Source of the DNA: Nitrospirota bacterium
Lineage (GTDB): Bacteria > Nitrospirota > UBA9217
Length of the DNA: 64,000 nucleotides
Direction: 5' to 3'
NCBI GenBank assembly: GCA_963845065.1
Contig: CAWJQQ010000002.1
Coordinates: 64,001 to 128,000 of the forward strand
Part shown: piece by piece, positions 1 through 9,841 of the stretch
Numbering within the stretch: position 1 is the first letter of the stretch
Layout of the letters: every line of letters begins with the position of its first letter
The notes under the pieces: model-generated
Databases searched by the model: none
What the model was told of the DNA's origin: nothing
What the model saw: the letters and a program-made list of their open reading frames with translations, nothing else
Program-made: the position numbers and the translations under genes

Positions 1-1
1 C

Positions 2-1096
2 GGCGGCGCTGCGGCGGCCATCTCGGCGATCGAGCTTGCTCGTGGCGAGACCCACAGCTCTATCGCAACGACCCTTGCGGTGCTCGGCGGACTGATCGGT
101 ACAGTCTCCTTCTCGGGTTCGCTTGTTGCCTTTGCCAAACTCCAGGGCATCATGAAAAAAACCATTCACCTGCCCGCACAAAATCTGGTGAACATCATCC
201 TGGCGGCAGCAACAATATTCTGCGGACTAGCCATCGTCATTTCGAGTCATCCTTTAATGCTCCAGATCTCCCTCTTCTTCCTGCTCGCACTCGTTCTCGG
301 CACTGTCATAACCTTGCCCATCGGCGGCGCCGATATGCCTGTTGTGATCTCGCTGTTTAACGCACTAACTGGCCTCGCAGTAGGCTTTGAAGGTTTCGTG
401 CTGAACAACCCGGCACTCATCATCGCCGGCATCGTGGTCGGCTCAGCGGGTACGCTTCTCACCCAACTGATGGCAAAGGCCATGAACAGGCCACTCACAA
501 ATATATTATTCAAACCGATCACAGGAGAGGCGCAGACCGGCGGTACGGGCATCACTGGAACTATGAAAGAAGTCTCCGCCCTCGATGCCGCAGCCATGCT
601 CCGCTATGCACAGAAGGTGATCATCGTGCCGGGCTACGGCATGGCCGTGGGCCAGGCCCAGCACAAGGTCAAAGAGATGAGCGTGCTGTTGGAAGAAGCG
701 GGCATTACTGTCAAGTTCGCCATACACCCCGTTGCCGGCCGCATGCCCGGGCACATGAATGTGCTTCTGGCCGAGGCAGGCGTGTCCTATGACAAGATTT
801 TTGACCTGGAGGAAATCAATGAGGAGTTCAGCCAGACCGACGTGGCGCTCGTAATCGGTGCGAATGACGTCGTGAACCCGGCAGCACGCACCGATAAGTC
901 AAGCCCGATTTACGGCATGCCGATCCTGAATGTCGATCAGGCGCACAATGTGATCGTCATCAAGCGCGGCAAGGGCACCGGCTATTCAGGCATTGAAAAC
1001 GCGCTTTTCTATGCCGAGAACACGCGGATGCTCTACGGCAACGCGCAGCAGGTCGTAAACGACGTGATCAAGAACATTAAGGAAATGGCAGCATAA
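2..1096 (+). CDS. pntB: NAD(P)+ transhydrogenase subunit beta (5'-truncated by the window edge)
   Basis: GGADMPVVISLFN, IVPGYGMAV, HPVAGRMPGHMNVLLAEA, GANDVVNPAA and PIYGMPIL motifs; frame open from position 2. Confidence 0.97.
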   Translation, partial: GGAAAAISAIELARGETHSSIATTLAVLGGLIGTVSFSGSLVAFAKLQGIMKKTIHLPAQNLVNIILAAATIFCGLAIVISSHPLMLQISLFFLLALVLGTVITLPIGGADMPVVISLFNALTGLAVGFEGFVLNNPALIIAGIVVGSAGTLLTQLMAKAMNRPLTNILFKPITGEAQTGGTGITGTMKEVSALDAAAMLRYAQKVIIVPGYGMAVGQAQHKVKEMSVLLEEAGITVKFAIHPVAGRMPGHMNVLLAEAGVSYDKIFDLEEINEEFSQTDVALVIGANDVVNPAARTDKSSPIYGMPILNVDQAHNVIVIKRGKGTGYSGIENALFYAENTRMLYGNAQQVVNDVIKNIKEMAA

Positions 1097-1393
1097 GAAA
1101 AGAGGATCTAATTACTACTGGATGATGCTGCCCTCACTGGAAGAAGTGAAGGCGAGTGGTCTGCTGTTTACAGCAGAAGCATAGGCTACCTTATGCCTGC
1201 ACGGATCGGGACCAGAGTGTTTCGGATGCAATATAAATATTTCCACGTCAAACCACAGTACCATATTGGACAGATGCTTTGAAGAACAGCGGTGAATTGA
1301 GGAGCTTGATCAAATACGCGCTTCTCACTATTTTGAGGCACGACATGGCTCAATCGGGACCCAGTTGTCCGCAGTGCCATGTTTTAAACGGCG

Positions 1394-1435
1394 CATAACC
1401 CGAAGGTCGTCAGTTCCAAATCCGGCCCCCGCTAC
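1394..1435 (+). pseudogene. Degenerate 3' half of tRNA-fMet (att-site-like remnant)
   Basis: CATAACCCGAAGGTCGTCAGTTCCAAATCCGGCCCCCGCTAC matches initiator tRNA from the CAT anticodon to the acceptor stem; extra C in the T-loop, no CCA, no 5' half. Confidence 0.8.
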
Positions 1436-1473
1436 TACCTTCCGATATCTCTTTGCACATATGTCCTTTTAAC

Positions 1474-1502
1474 TTGACAAAAGGAGCTTTTTTCCGGATA
1501 CT
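1474..1502 (+). promoter_or_regulatory. Possible sigma70 promoter
   Basis: TTGACA-N17-GATACT at the start of the AT-rich region upstream of the TauE cluster. Confidence 0.4.
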
Positions 1503-2174
1503 ATTGCAAAGTATCGAATATCCTAAATTATATAAGAACACGCGGGTTGTAAGAGAAAATCTCTGTCAACGCAGCACTATTTTATTGAAAGATGAGCGAG
1601 GAATTATCGTGTGATAGCGTCAGCGTTCATGTATGCCACGATTGTGTATTGCTCCTTCGCATTAAACGCTATGGCTGGTTTAGACGCCAAGAATATCGAT
1701 GCAGCTGCGGTGTATAGAAACACTGTTCAGCATGTCACCCAAATGTCACCACGTTGAAAACTAAAGACATCGTAAAATAAATTATCCAGTCCTCTTTTGA
1801 AGAGGGCAAATTTTTTAAAAACGTTGTGAAAAGAATTGTTGATTATATTTGATACGGCGACGGGATAGGGCCAGACATATCTTATCATTAGATGTCAACA
1901 TGTATCGCAGTAGTAACAAAGTTAAATAAACGACGCCAAAGCGAGAATGGACTCTTTCATCATCAAATTTTAACTTGTATTCTGCATCTCCCATTTATCA
2001 AACGCCATCGCAACCTTATAGCTGCTTACTACAGGGATCAAAATTTCATAGAAGGGAGGAATATCGGCTGAACTTCGCATGGGTGGAATCAAGGTAGAGA
2101 ATGAGGAACGTCGCTCAAGATTCTAAGTCATGTGATATAGTAATCATCATATGTGAAAAAAGGAGAGTGCGTGT

Positions 2175-3416
2175 ATGATTCGAAACCGTCATAACCGATA
2201 TGCAACATTATTTTGTCTCGCTGTCATCGTATGTGCATCAAGTTCCATTTCCGCGAAAGGGGCCACACCACCCACGAACCGTGTACCAAAAACCTTGCAG
2301 TCCTCGCTCACAATCCAGATCAACAAAACAGAATATACAGAGGAAGACACCGTCAAGATTACCGGTACTGCGCCTCCAGGCAAACCTGTGTTTATCGAGG
2401 TTGCGTCGGAAAAGAAAGTGGAGGTCCGGCGTCTCGACAGCAAAAAGGACAAGGAGACTGGCAAGATCCCGTGGATCTTCTACACTAGTGAAGACATCCC
2501 CGCATACTATATCATACTCACTCCGAAGGACACCAAAAACAAGATCGAAGCGCTTAAACTGCAAAAAAATGACTGGAGCTATTCCGGTGCTCTTAAGGAC
2601 TTAGGTCTGGACGCGACAGGCCTGCGCCCTGCCACGGCAAGGGTCGAACGGCGCAAGACTTCTATTATCGCCGTGATCACCGGCAGTCGCGGCAACCTTA
2701 TGGAGCCCCTGGATGGAGAGGAAAATCTAAAGGCGGCGCTTCCACTTTACAAGATAAGGTTCAAATCACCTAGTAAGCTACTGAAGCCCGCGATAGACGT
2801 GAAAACCGACGGCACATTTGAAGCGGTACTCAAGCTCCCGAAGGGGGTTGCAGACGGCTTATATACCGTGACGGCCTTCACCGGAAAGGATGACAGGACG
2901 ACCGCGTCATTTGCGATCAGACTACCGGGCAGCACGTGGTACTTCAAGCGGGCGGGCATGGCCATGAACATTTTTGGGCCATTCTTCCTAGCATTAGTCG
3001 TCACCATGCTCGGCGTGCTTATGGGCGCCGGCGGCGGTTTCATCCTCACTCCGCTCTTGCTCTGGATCTACGGCCTCCCGCATGCCATCGTCGCCGGGAC
3101 CGTGCTCCCGACAGTGCTTTTCTCGCAGATCTCGGGCATCTATAACTATAATAAAATCAAGTTTATTAGCTGGAAGCTGGGTATTGTAATGGGCATGGCC
3201 ATGCTGATCGGCGGCTTCATCGGCCCGGTGCTCACTCAACTTATTTCTCTTGCTCAGTTTAAGAGCCTATTCGGCATCGCTCTCATCGTCCTTGCTGGCC
3301 TCATGTTCTGGCAGACACTTCCCGCTCAGGTCGCTAAGAACAAGCAGGAACAGGAGATCTTGAAGCACCTCAAGAAACAGGCCGAAAAGGGCGAGTGCGA
3401 TGTAAAACAATCCTAA
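2175..3416 (+). CDS. Signal peptide + ~230-aa extracytoplasmic domain fused to the N-terminal half of a TauE/SafE (TSUP) transporter
   Basis: Hydrophobic N-terminus; soluble beta-rich region; then TM helices with the GVLMGAGGGFILTP TSUP motif. Confidence 0.8.
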   Translation: MIRNRHNRYATLFCLAVIVCASSSISAKGATPPTNRVPKTLQSSLTIQINKTEYTEEDTVKITGTAPPGKPVFIEVASEKKVEVRRLDSKKDKETGKIPWIFYTSEDIPAYYIILTPKDTKNKIEALKLQKNDWSYSGALKDLGLDATGLRPATARVERRKTSIIAVITGSRGNLMEPLDGEENLKAALPLYKIRFKSPSKLLKPAIDVKTDGTFEAVLKLPKGVADGLYTVTAFTGKDDRTTASFAIRLPGSTWYFKRAGMAMNIFGPFFLALVVTMLGVLMGAGGGFILTPLLLWIYGLPHAIVAGTVLPTVLFSQISGIYNYNKIKFISWKLGIVMGMAMLIGGFIGPVLTQLISLAQFKSLFGIALIVLAGLMFWQTLPAQVAKNKQEQEILKHLKKQAEKGECDVKQS

Positions 3417-3429
3417 GGGGGAATATCAC

Positions 3430-3822
3430 ATGAACATCCATTTTTGCGGACAGAACATAAAGGCAAATCCAGTAATCGGCGTCATTGGCGCCTTTATCAT
3501 CGCTATCGCGTCCTCCATGTTCGGCTTCGGTGGCGGCCCCTTCATGGTGCCGCTCATGACGGTACTCATGGGCCTACCTATATACGTAGTGGTGGGTAGC
3601 TCGCTCCTTGCTATCTTGTTCAATACCCTGATGGCGACGAGTAAGAACGTTTTTTTCGATACCGTTGACTACAAGCTCTTTGCTATCATGGCGGTAGCCG
3701 CCGTCATCGGCGGATACTTGGGACCGCAGGTCGCGAAGCGCATCAGTCCCCTTTGGGTAAAGCGCATTGCGGTCATACTTCTGTTAGTGCTTGCGTCGCA
3801 GCTTATGGGTTGGTGGGGATAG
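3430..3822 (+). CDS. TauE/SafE (TSUP) family protein, C-terminal half
   Basis: SSMFGFGGGPFMVP and VVGSSL motifs, about 4 TM helices, own RBS (AAGGGGGA). Confidence 0.82.
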   Translation: MNIHFCGQNIKANPVIGVIGAFIIAIASSMFGFGGGPFMVPLMTVLMGLPIYVVVGSSLLAILFNTLMATSKNVFFDTVDYKLFAIMAVAAVIGGYLGPQVAKRISPLWVKRIAVILLLVLASQLMGWWG

Positions 3823-3944
3823 CGCAATACCATATTCTGAAGGAATTGCAGGATAAAATCGGATGATAAAAAAGTACCAACGCGTTCTTTTTATACTTCC
3901 TATTCAGTCAATCCTGAACTTACTGTTTAAGAAAGAGGTGTATA

Positions 3945-4784
3945 ATGATTGATACGTTAGAGTTGCTCGATGACGTGGCATACGCCAAGGCTATGCTCGC
4001 TAAAAAGTCTTTAAGCAATGCAGACCTCGTCTTCTCACTCCGGAACCTCCTCCGTATGAAGTACTATCCTGTGGCGGTGAAGTTCTTCTTCTCTCAGAAT
4101 GAGCTCGATGCCTTCAAGAAGAACACTGAATACAAAATATCTGTGCATCCCTTCACTTTCTGCCATTATCTGGCAGCGTCGCGTCAGCGAGGCGATATCC
4201 TGCTCAGTCCGGAAAAGGGACTAGGGTGTACGAACGCAAAGTACATTTTCGGCTGGAAGGGCCTTGACGAGGGCGAGATCAAGAGCCACCTTAAATACAC
4301 AAAAGATCTGGCCCAGGCTGAGAAGTTCGTGAAGCTGAAAAAACGCCTGCCTGAGAATCTCCTGGCCTTTGCCACTGCGCCACTCCATAAGGCGCCTTAT
4401 AAACCCGACGTGATCCACGGTATGAGCGACGTCCTCCAGGCATACCACCTCGGGAATGATTGGTCTGCTGCCATGGACATCCAACCTTTTGAAATGAACA
4501 TGACCATGAACAGCTCGGCCTGCCACGGCGTCACCGCTGTCTATCTGACGGGAAAGCCGAACATTACGCCCATGTGCAGCGGCAGCTACACCGCGGGCAA
4601 GACCGAGCAGGGAGAGATTAACTGGATCTGGCCGGCCAATCAGTTTGAACCAACGGTGAGATGGATGCTCGAGCGAACCGTGCGTGACGGCGGTCCCTCA
4701 TTCCCGCGCACGGGAGAGACTTATCCGGGATTCGATATGTGCAAGCTTTGTCCATTTCTGGTATGGTCGAAACCGAAAGAGTAA
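3945..4784 (+). CDS. DUF169 domain protein
   Basis: YPVAVKFF, FCHYLAASRQRG, GCTNAKYIFG, SSAC and PMCSG pattern. Confidence 0.7.
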   Translation: MIDTLELLDDVAYAKAMLAKKSLSNADLVFSLRNLLRMKYYPVAVKFFFSQNELDAFKKNTEYKISVHPFTFCHYLAASRQRGDILLSPEKGLGCTNAKYIFGWKGLDEGEIKSHLKYTKDLAQAEKFVKLKKRLPENLLAFATAPLHKAPYKPDVIHGMSDVLQAYHLGNDWSAAMDIQPFEMNMTMNSSACHGVTAVYLTGKPNITPMCSGSYTAGKTEQGEINWIWPANQFEPTVRWMLERTVRDGGPSFPRTGETYPGFDMCKLCPFLVWSKPKE

Positions 4785-5114
4785 GGATAATATCCATACA
4801 GTGAAATGGGGAAACGGGAAAATAGTGTGTAGGTGAAAATCATTATATTTCTAACAGTCGAATATGGAATATTTAACTAGGCACGGAACCTGCCAATCAA
4901 AACAATGTGCAGAAGGCGTGCGTTTTACCTTCGTGTTCATGCGTAAGTTTCGACTGGTATTCAGCATCTCCTATGCGTTGGTCGCCTATGCATGCTTGTG
5001 TCATGCCGTGAATATCGGATGAAGAGTGGTTCGTTTTCTTACCAAACTATCCGCAGAAAGCCCCTGGTTTTAACCATGGGGATGAATGCGGGAACTTTGT
5101 TTTCCGGCAATTAG

Positions 5115-5143
5115 TAGACAAATGTACATCTATATGGTATATT
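5115..5143 (+). promoter_or_regulatory. Element-internal sigma70-like promoter for tnpB
   Basis: TAGACA-N17-TATATT about 10 nt before the ATG; conserved in copy 2 as TAGACA-N17-TATAGT. Confidence 0.55.
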
Positions 5144-5153
5144 TAAACAACCA

Positions 5154-6689
5154 ATGCCGAATAAACCTAAAACCCCATCTTGTATCCACGAGTTTCAACT
5201 CGTAGCGACTCCAAAGGGCAATCGAATGCTCGATGCCCGGCTCGAAGCTGGCCGTTATCTGTACAATGCCTGCCTTGGTGAAGCGATGAAGCGTCTTACT
5301 GCCATGCGGCGATCAGAAAAATGGCTCGTGGCGATCACGAAGAAGAAAAGCAAGCTTCGCATCAAGATGTTTAAGACAGCCAGAACCCAGGCTGAATATA
5401 CTGAATACCACCTTCATAACTACGTCGGTATCCTCCGCAATTCCTGCTGGATCAGTGAGCATATTGACAGCCTGACCGCCCAGAAGATAGCATCTCGAGC
5501 ATATAGCGCCGTCGCTGACTACGAGTTTGGGAAGCATGGCAAACCACGTTTCAAGCGCCATGGCTGGATGTCGTCCCTTGAAGGTAAAAACAACAAATCC
5601 GGTATTCGGTGGTGCGATGACCATGTGGAGTGGACTGGCCTTCGTCTCAACTGTGTCTTCGACAAGAAAGACAAGTTTGGTGTTCAGGCTCATGCACTTA
5701 GCCATGATGTCAAGTACGTTCGTCTGGTCAAGAAAACTATCCGCGGCAATCCCCGCTGGTTTGCCCAACTTGTGCTTAAAGGCACGGCCAAGATCAAGCG
5801 TGAGAACCAGATTGGCACCGAAACTGTCGGCCTTGATATTGGCCCGTCGACAGTTGCCATCGTTGGTGATACTGATGCGTTACTACTCGAATTCTGCCCC
5901 GAAGTCGAGATACCGTTTAAACGTATCAAGACCGTCCAGCGCAAAATGGCCAGAAGCCTTCGTGCTACCAACCCGGGCAACTACAACGGAGACAAAACCA
6001 TCAAAACGGGTAAAAAACAGTGGGTCTTTTCTGTTCAATACCGTATTCTTAAAGCTAAGCTCGCCGAACTTCAAAGAATCCTTGCTGAAACCAGAAAACG
6101 GTCTCATGGCAAGCTCGTGAACAAAGTCCTCACTCTCGGTACCGACATCAAAACCGAGAAACTGTCGTACAAAGCATTTCAGAAACTCTATGGTAAAAGT
6201 ATTTCGCGACGAGCTCCGGGGATGTTTATGTCGATGCTTCACCACAAAGCCGAAAACGCTGGCGGTAAAGTAACCGAGTTTTCTACCCGGAGCACAAAGC
6301 TTTCCCAGACATGCCATTGCGGAACAGTAGCCAAAAAATCATTGTCCCAAAGATGGCATGCCTGCAACTGCGGGGTAAGCACCCAGCGTGATCTCTATTC
6401 CGCATTCCTTGCAAAGCATGTTTCTAACGATGTCCTCGACACGCGTCAGGCTGCCAAAGCCTGGCCGGGTGCAAACCTGCTCCTGGAACGGGCGGTGTTG
6501 GGGGTGCAGCATGAAGCGGCAAAGGGTCGAATTCATCCGACCAGCTTCGGTATCAAGCAAGAGAACACCACGAACCGGAGACAGAGCTGCTCGTCCGTTA
6601 AAGGCGGATCAACGACAGTCGAGGCCGACAACGTTCGTATTGTTGCCGGAGAGCCTGTCGGTACAGCCGCTAGAACCCCCTGGCTTTAG
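5154..6689 (+). CDS. tnpB: RNA-guided endonuclease TnpB
   Basis: GKPRFK, RuvC-I GLDIG, RuvC-II KTEKL, Zn finger CHCG..CNCG, RuvC-III RDLYSA. Confidence 0.93.
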   Translation: MPNKPKTPSCIHEFQLVATPKGNRMLDARLEAGRYLYNACLGEAMKRLTAMRRSEKWLVAITKKKSKLRIKMFKTARTQAEYTEYHLHNYVGILRNSCWISEHIDSLTAQKIASRAYSAVADYEFGKHGKPRFKRHGWMSSLEGKNNKSGIRWCDDHVEWTGLRLNCVFDKKDKFGVQAHALSHDVKYVRLVKKTIRGNPRWFAQLVLKGTAKIKRENQIGTETVGLDIGPSTVAIVGDTDALLLEFCPEVEIPFKRIKTVQRKMARSLRATNPGNYNGDKTIKTGKKQWVFSVQYRILKAKLAELQRILAETRKRSHGKLVNKVLTLGTDIKTEKLSYKAFQKLYGKSISRRAPGMFMSMLHHKAENAGGKVTEFSTRSTKLSQTCHCGTVAKKSLSQRWHACNCGVSTQRDLYSAFLAKHVSNDVLDTRQAAKAWPGANLLLERAVLGVQHEAAKGRIHPTSFGIKQENTTNRRQSCSSVKGGSTTVEADNVRIVAGEPVGTAARTPWL

Positions 6690-6733
6690 ACATGGGGAGT
6701 GGTCAGTGAAAACTTGCTCAGACTTCAGTCCTA

Positions 6734-8752
6734 CTAGGACGCAAACACCTCCCGTATTTTTTTGAATAGTTCTGACGGGTTCAACGGTTTGGAAATGAAG
6801 TTAACACCATCCTCCATGACCCCTTTTTGGACAATGATATCTGACGTATAACCGCTTATGAAGAGCCCCTTAATATCAGGACGTATCTTTTTCATCTGCT
6901 CAAAGGTTTCCTTGCCGTTAATTTTAGGCATGATCAGATCACACAGAACAAGCTGGATCTTGTCCTTGTCCTTTCGAAACAACTTTATAGCCTCTTCACC
7001 GTCAACTGCTTCCGACACGGTATAGCCAAATTCCTCGAGCATGGCCTTGGTTACAGTCCTGACGGATTTATCATCCTCAACAAGGAGGATCGTTTCGGTG
7101 CCCGACGGAGGCATGGCAAAATCCGTAGGCGATATTTGCTTAACCGTAGACGGAGTCAGAGGAAGATATATCTTGAATGTCGTTCCCTGTCCGGGTTCAC
7201 TATTGAAATGGATCGTCCCATTATGTTTATGGATAATCCCATATACCACGGCAAGGCCAAGGCCTGTCCCCTTCCCAACTTCTTTGGTCGTGAAAAAGGG
7301 CTCGTAGATGCGGTTCTGCAGGGTTTTGTCTATGCCGCAACCGGTGTCTGAAACAGACAGAACTGCATAGGCGCCGTGTTTGATATTGCCTTGATCTGAA
7401 TCAATGATAACCTTGTCTGTCTTTACTTCCAGAGTACCGCCTTTTGGCATGGCGTCCCGCGCATTCGTGACGAGGTTCATCAGGACCTGCTCCAGCTGGC
7501 CTTTATCTGCTTCCACTATAAGATCCTCACGAGCCGGAATCACCCTGAACTCGATATCTTCTCCGATAATCCGGGTCAGAAGATTATGAAACCCGGAGAC
7601 CATCTCGTCGATATTGACCGGCTTCAGGTCGATCACCTGTTTCCTGCTGAATGCAAGCAGGCTCTTCGTCAGACCTGTAGCACGCTCCGAAGAGGCAAGG
7701 ATCTGCTCGATATGCGGCCGAAGATGATCATCGGTCTTCATCTTCATCTTTACGAGCGCAGCATATCCCACGATTGCCGACAGGATATTGTTGAAATCGT
7801 GGGCAATGCCGCCGGCTAATTCTCCAATGGCCTCCATTTTCTGTGCCTGGCGGAGTTGAGCCTCAAGCTTCTGATGCTCGGTGATGTCTATGCCGATGCT
7901 TGCCACCCCGATAACGGATTCTTCAAAATTTCGCAGTATTGAATTGTTCCACTCCACGTGTCTTTGTGCGCCATCGCGCGTCACGATCAGCTTTTCACCG
8001 TGTAGCGGCAAGGTTCCTTCCGCTATGTCTAACTTGAAGGTCGCTTTTTCCAAGCTGCGCGCTTCTGCGGGCACGAAAAAATCAAACCAATTCTTCCCGA
8101 TTACTTCATTTCGAGACCACCCGGTCTGGCGAAGGATGTAGTCGTTGCAGAACGTCAGGTTCCCCTCGACATCGAGCATTATTGCCGCTAGCTCAATGCT
8201 TTCGAGTAAATTCCGGAATTTTTTTTCTGCGGAAGAGAGCGCCTCTTCAGTCTGCGTGTGCTCGACAATCTCATCCTGGAGACGCTGGTTTGCATGACGC
8301 AGATCCTTAACCTGCTGTTCCAACGCACTACTGAGATCTTCCAACGCGCTACTGAGTTGTTTATTTTCGTGAAGTGCTTTTGATAGGCTGGGCAACGTGA
8401 TGGCTTTCGGTATGATCGGGAGTAACAGTAGCGTGGCAACGATGGAAACAAATGCTGTAATCGCTTTGACGGCCCCTTCCAACCAATATTTCGGCACATA
8501 AACGGTATACGCCGAAAATAAATGTGTCGTCCCGCAGGCAAAAATGAAAATGCCGAACAGCAGGAAAATGGGCAAAAAAGGGATATCGCGTTTTTTGTGT
8601 CTTTTGTAAATGAAGTAAAAAAGTGCAATAGCGATGGTATAATAGGCAAGCCCTATAATGAGGTCGGACATGACGTGGAGCCGTACAAGGCCGGGATCCC
8701 ATAAAAAACAAAAGCCATGGGCCATATAATCAGTCACGTCATGCACGGACAT
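6734..8752 (-). CDS. Hybrid sensor histidine kinase: ETR1-like 3-TM sensor, PAS, HisKA/HATPase, REC
   Basis: [55 protein letters not shown]-terminal receiver. Confidence 0.92.
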   Translation of the reverse strand: MSVHDVTDYMAHGFCFLWDPGLVRLHVMSDLIIGLAYYTIAIALFYFIYKRHKKRDIPFLPIFLLFGIFIFACGTTHLFSAYTVYVPKYWLEGAVKAITAFVSIVATLLLLPIIPKAITLPSLSKALHENKQLSSALEDLSSALEQQVKDLRHANQRLQDEIVEHTQTEEALSSAEKKFRNLLESIELAAIMLDVEGNLTFCNDYILRQTGWSRNEVIGKNWFDFFVPAEARSLEKATFKLDIAEGTLPLHGEKLIVTRDGAQRHVEWNNSILRNFEESVIGVASIGIDITEHQKLEAQLRQAQKMEAIGELAGGIAHDFNNILSAIVGYAALVKMKMKTDDHLRPHIEQILASSERATGLTKSLLAFSRKQVIDLKPVNIDEMVSGFHNLLTRIIGEDIEFRVIPAREDLIVEADKGQLEQVLMNLVTNARDAMPKGGTLEVKTDKVIIDSDQGNIKHGAYAVLSVSDTGCGIDKTLQNRIYEPFFTTKEVGKGTGLGLAVVYGIIHKHNGTIHFNSEPGQGTTFKIYLPLTPSTVKQISPTDFAMPPSGTETILLVEDDKSVRTVTKAMLEEFGYTVSEAVDGEEAIKLFRKDKDKIQLVLCDLIMPKINGKETFEQMKKIRPDIKGLFISGYTSDIIVQKGVMEDGVNFISKPLNPSELFKKIREVFAS

Positions 8753-9148
8753 TTACTCCTCCGAGGAGATGAAAAACGAAAAACATATTACCTGGGCATT
8801 ACTCCGCCTGCTATGCAAGCATTTTGCTGCTTAATGAGACCTACTCAACCATTGGTTATATATCCATAAAAATAGCGCTGGAATAAAAAAGGTGTCATGA
8901 AATGTAACCTCCAAGTAAGGCATGCCGCTTCAGAATCATCAATTCATTGCGATAAGTGAACGGTATCTGGTGAAAATCAATATTATCTTACGCACCGGTA
9001 GTACGGTTCGCACTGATCGCTCTGCACAAATCGGCACACCAGGGCACCAAGTCCGCAGCCATTCCGCATCCTATCGCCTTACTGCAATACACGGCACTAA
9101 TAATAAAAAAAGTCCACGGTATCGATCGTGAAATCAAACCAATTTGCA

Positions 9149-9370
9149 TCAGAATTGTATCTGGCAGCGCTTGGCATTGTTTTCGTCTTTGATCCAAAGC
9201 AGGACCTTCTTCGATCGGGCGCACCAATCCCGAACGTCTGCTTCAAAGGTCGGGCAGTCCGCCTTTACATCAAGTACGTCGCCGGGTTTTACTTTGACCG
9301 CGGCCACCGTAATCTTGAGTATGGGCACCGGACACTTAAGTCCGCACGTATCGAGTGACTGAATAGCCAT
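9149..9370 (-). CDS. tusA: TusA-family sulfur carrier protein
   Basis: LDTCGLKCPVP (CPxP) motif, 73 aa. Confidence 0.88.
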   Translation of the reverse strand: MAIQSLDTCGLKCPVPILKITVAAVKVKPGDVLDVKADCPTFEADVRDWCARSKKVLLWIKDENNAKRCQIQF

Positions 9371-9382
9371 ACTGATTCCTCC

Positions 9383-9841
9383 TTATAGTGATGGATTTGC
9401 AACCCTGCTCATTTTACTGGAGATCCTGCTTTTTTTCAACGGTCCCAATGCCTTTATCGTTTCAACCATGTTCGTGATCACCTCGACGAATTTATCTCCC
9501 TCGCTGGCCGAGACGAAGTCCAATCGGCACCGTTCTTTTTCTATGCCGAGCTGTTTGAGTATCTTTAAAAGAATCCGGTGACGCTGGATTGCCCGGAAAT
9601 TCCCTTCCTTGTAATGGCAGTCGCCGGGATGGCAGCCGAGAATGATGACGCCGTCGGCCCCCTTTTCAAAGGATGAGAGAACGAACTGGGGGTCCACCCT
9701 TCCGCTGCACATCACCTTGATGACGTTCACGTTAGGCGGATAATGTCTTTGCGCACTGCCCGCCTTGTCCGCTCCGGCGTAGGAGCACCAGTTGCAGAGG
9801 AATCCGACGATCTTCGGTTCAAATCCCTCTAGAGCCCTCAT
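9383..9841 (-). CDS. mvhD: Hydrogenase iron-sulfur subunit MvhD
   Basis: FLCNWCSYAGAD, MCSGRVDP, GCHPGDCHY. Confidence 0.95.
   Translation of the reverse strand: MRALEGFEPKIVGFLCNWCSYAGADKAGSAQRHYPPNVNVIKVMCSGRVDPQFVLSSFEKGADGVIILGCHPGDCHYKEGNFRAIQRHRILLKILKQLGIEKERCRLDFVSASEGDKFVEVITNMVETIKALGPLKKSRISSKMSRVANPSL

Larger units (their letters stand above)
5043..6706 (+). mobile_element. IS200/IS605-family tnpB-only element, copy 1
   Basis: TTAC target (5039-5042); left end CAAACTATCCGCAGAAAGCCCCTGGTTTTAACCATGGGGATG; right end GAACCCCCTGGCTTTAGACATGGGGAGTGGTCAG; ends shared with copy 2. Confidence 0.9.

Noticed and set aside
8922..9358. Short ORFs around the tusA-kinase gap
   Set aside because: No RBS or motif support, and several overlap tusA.
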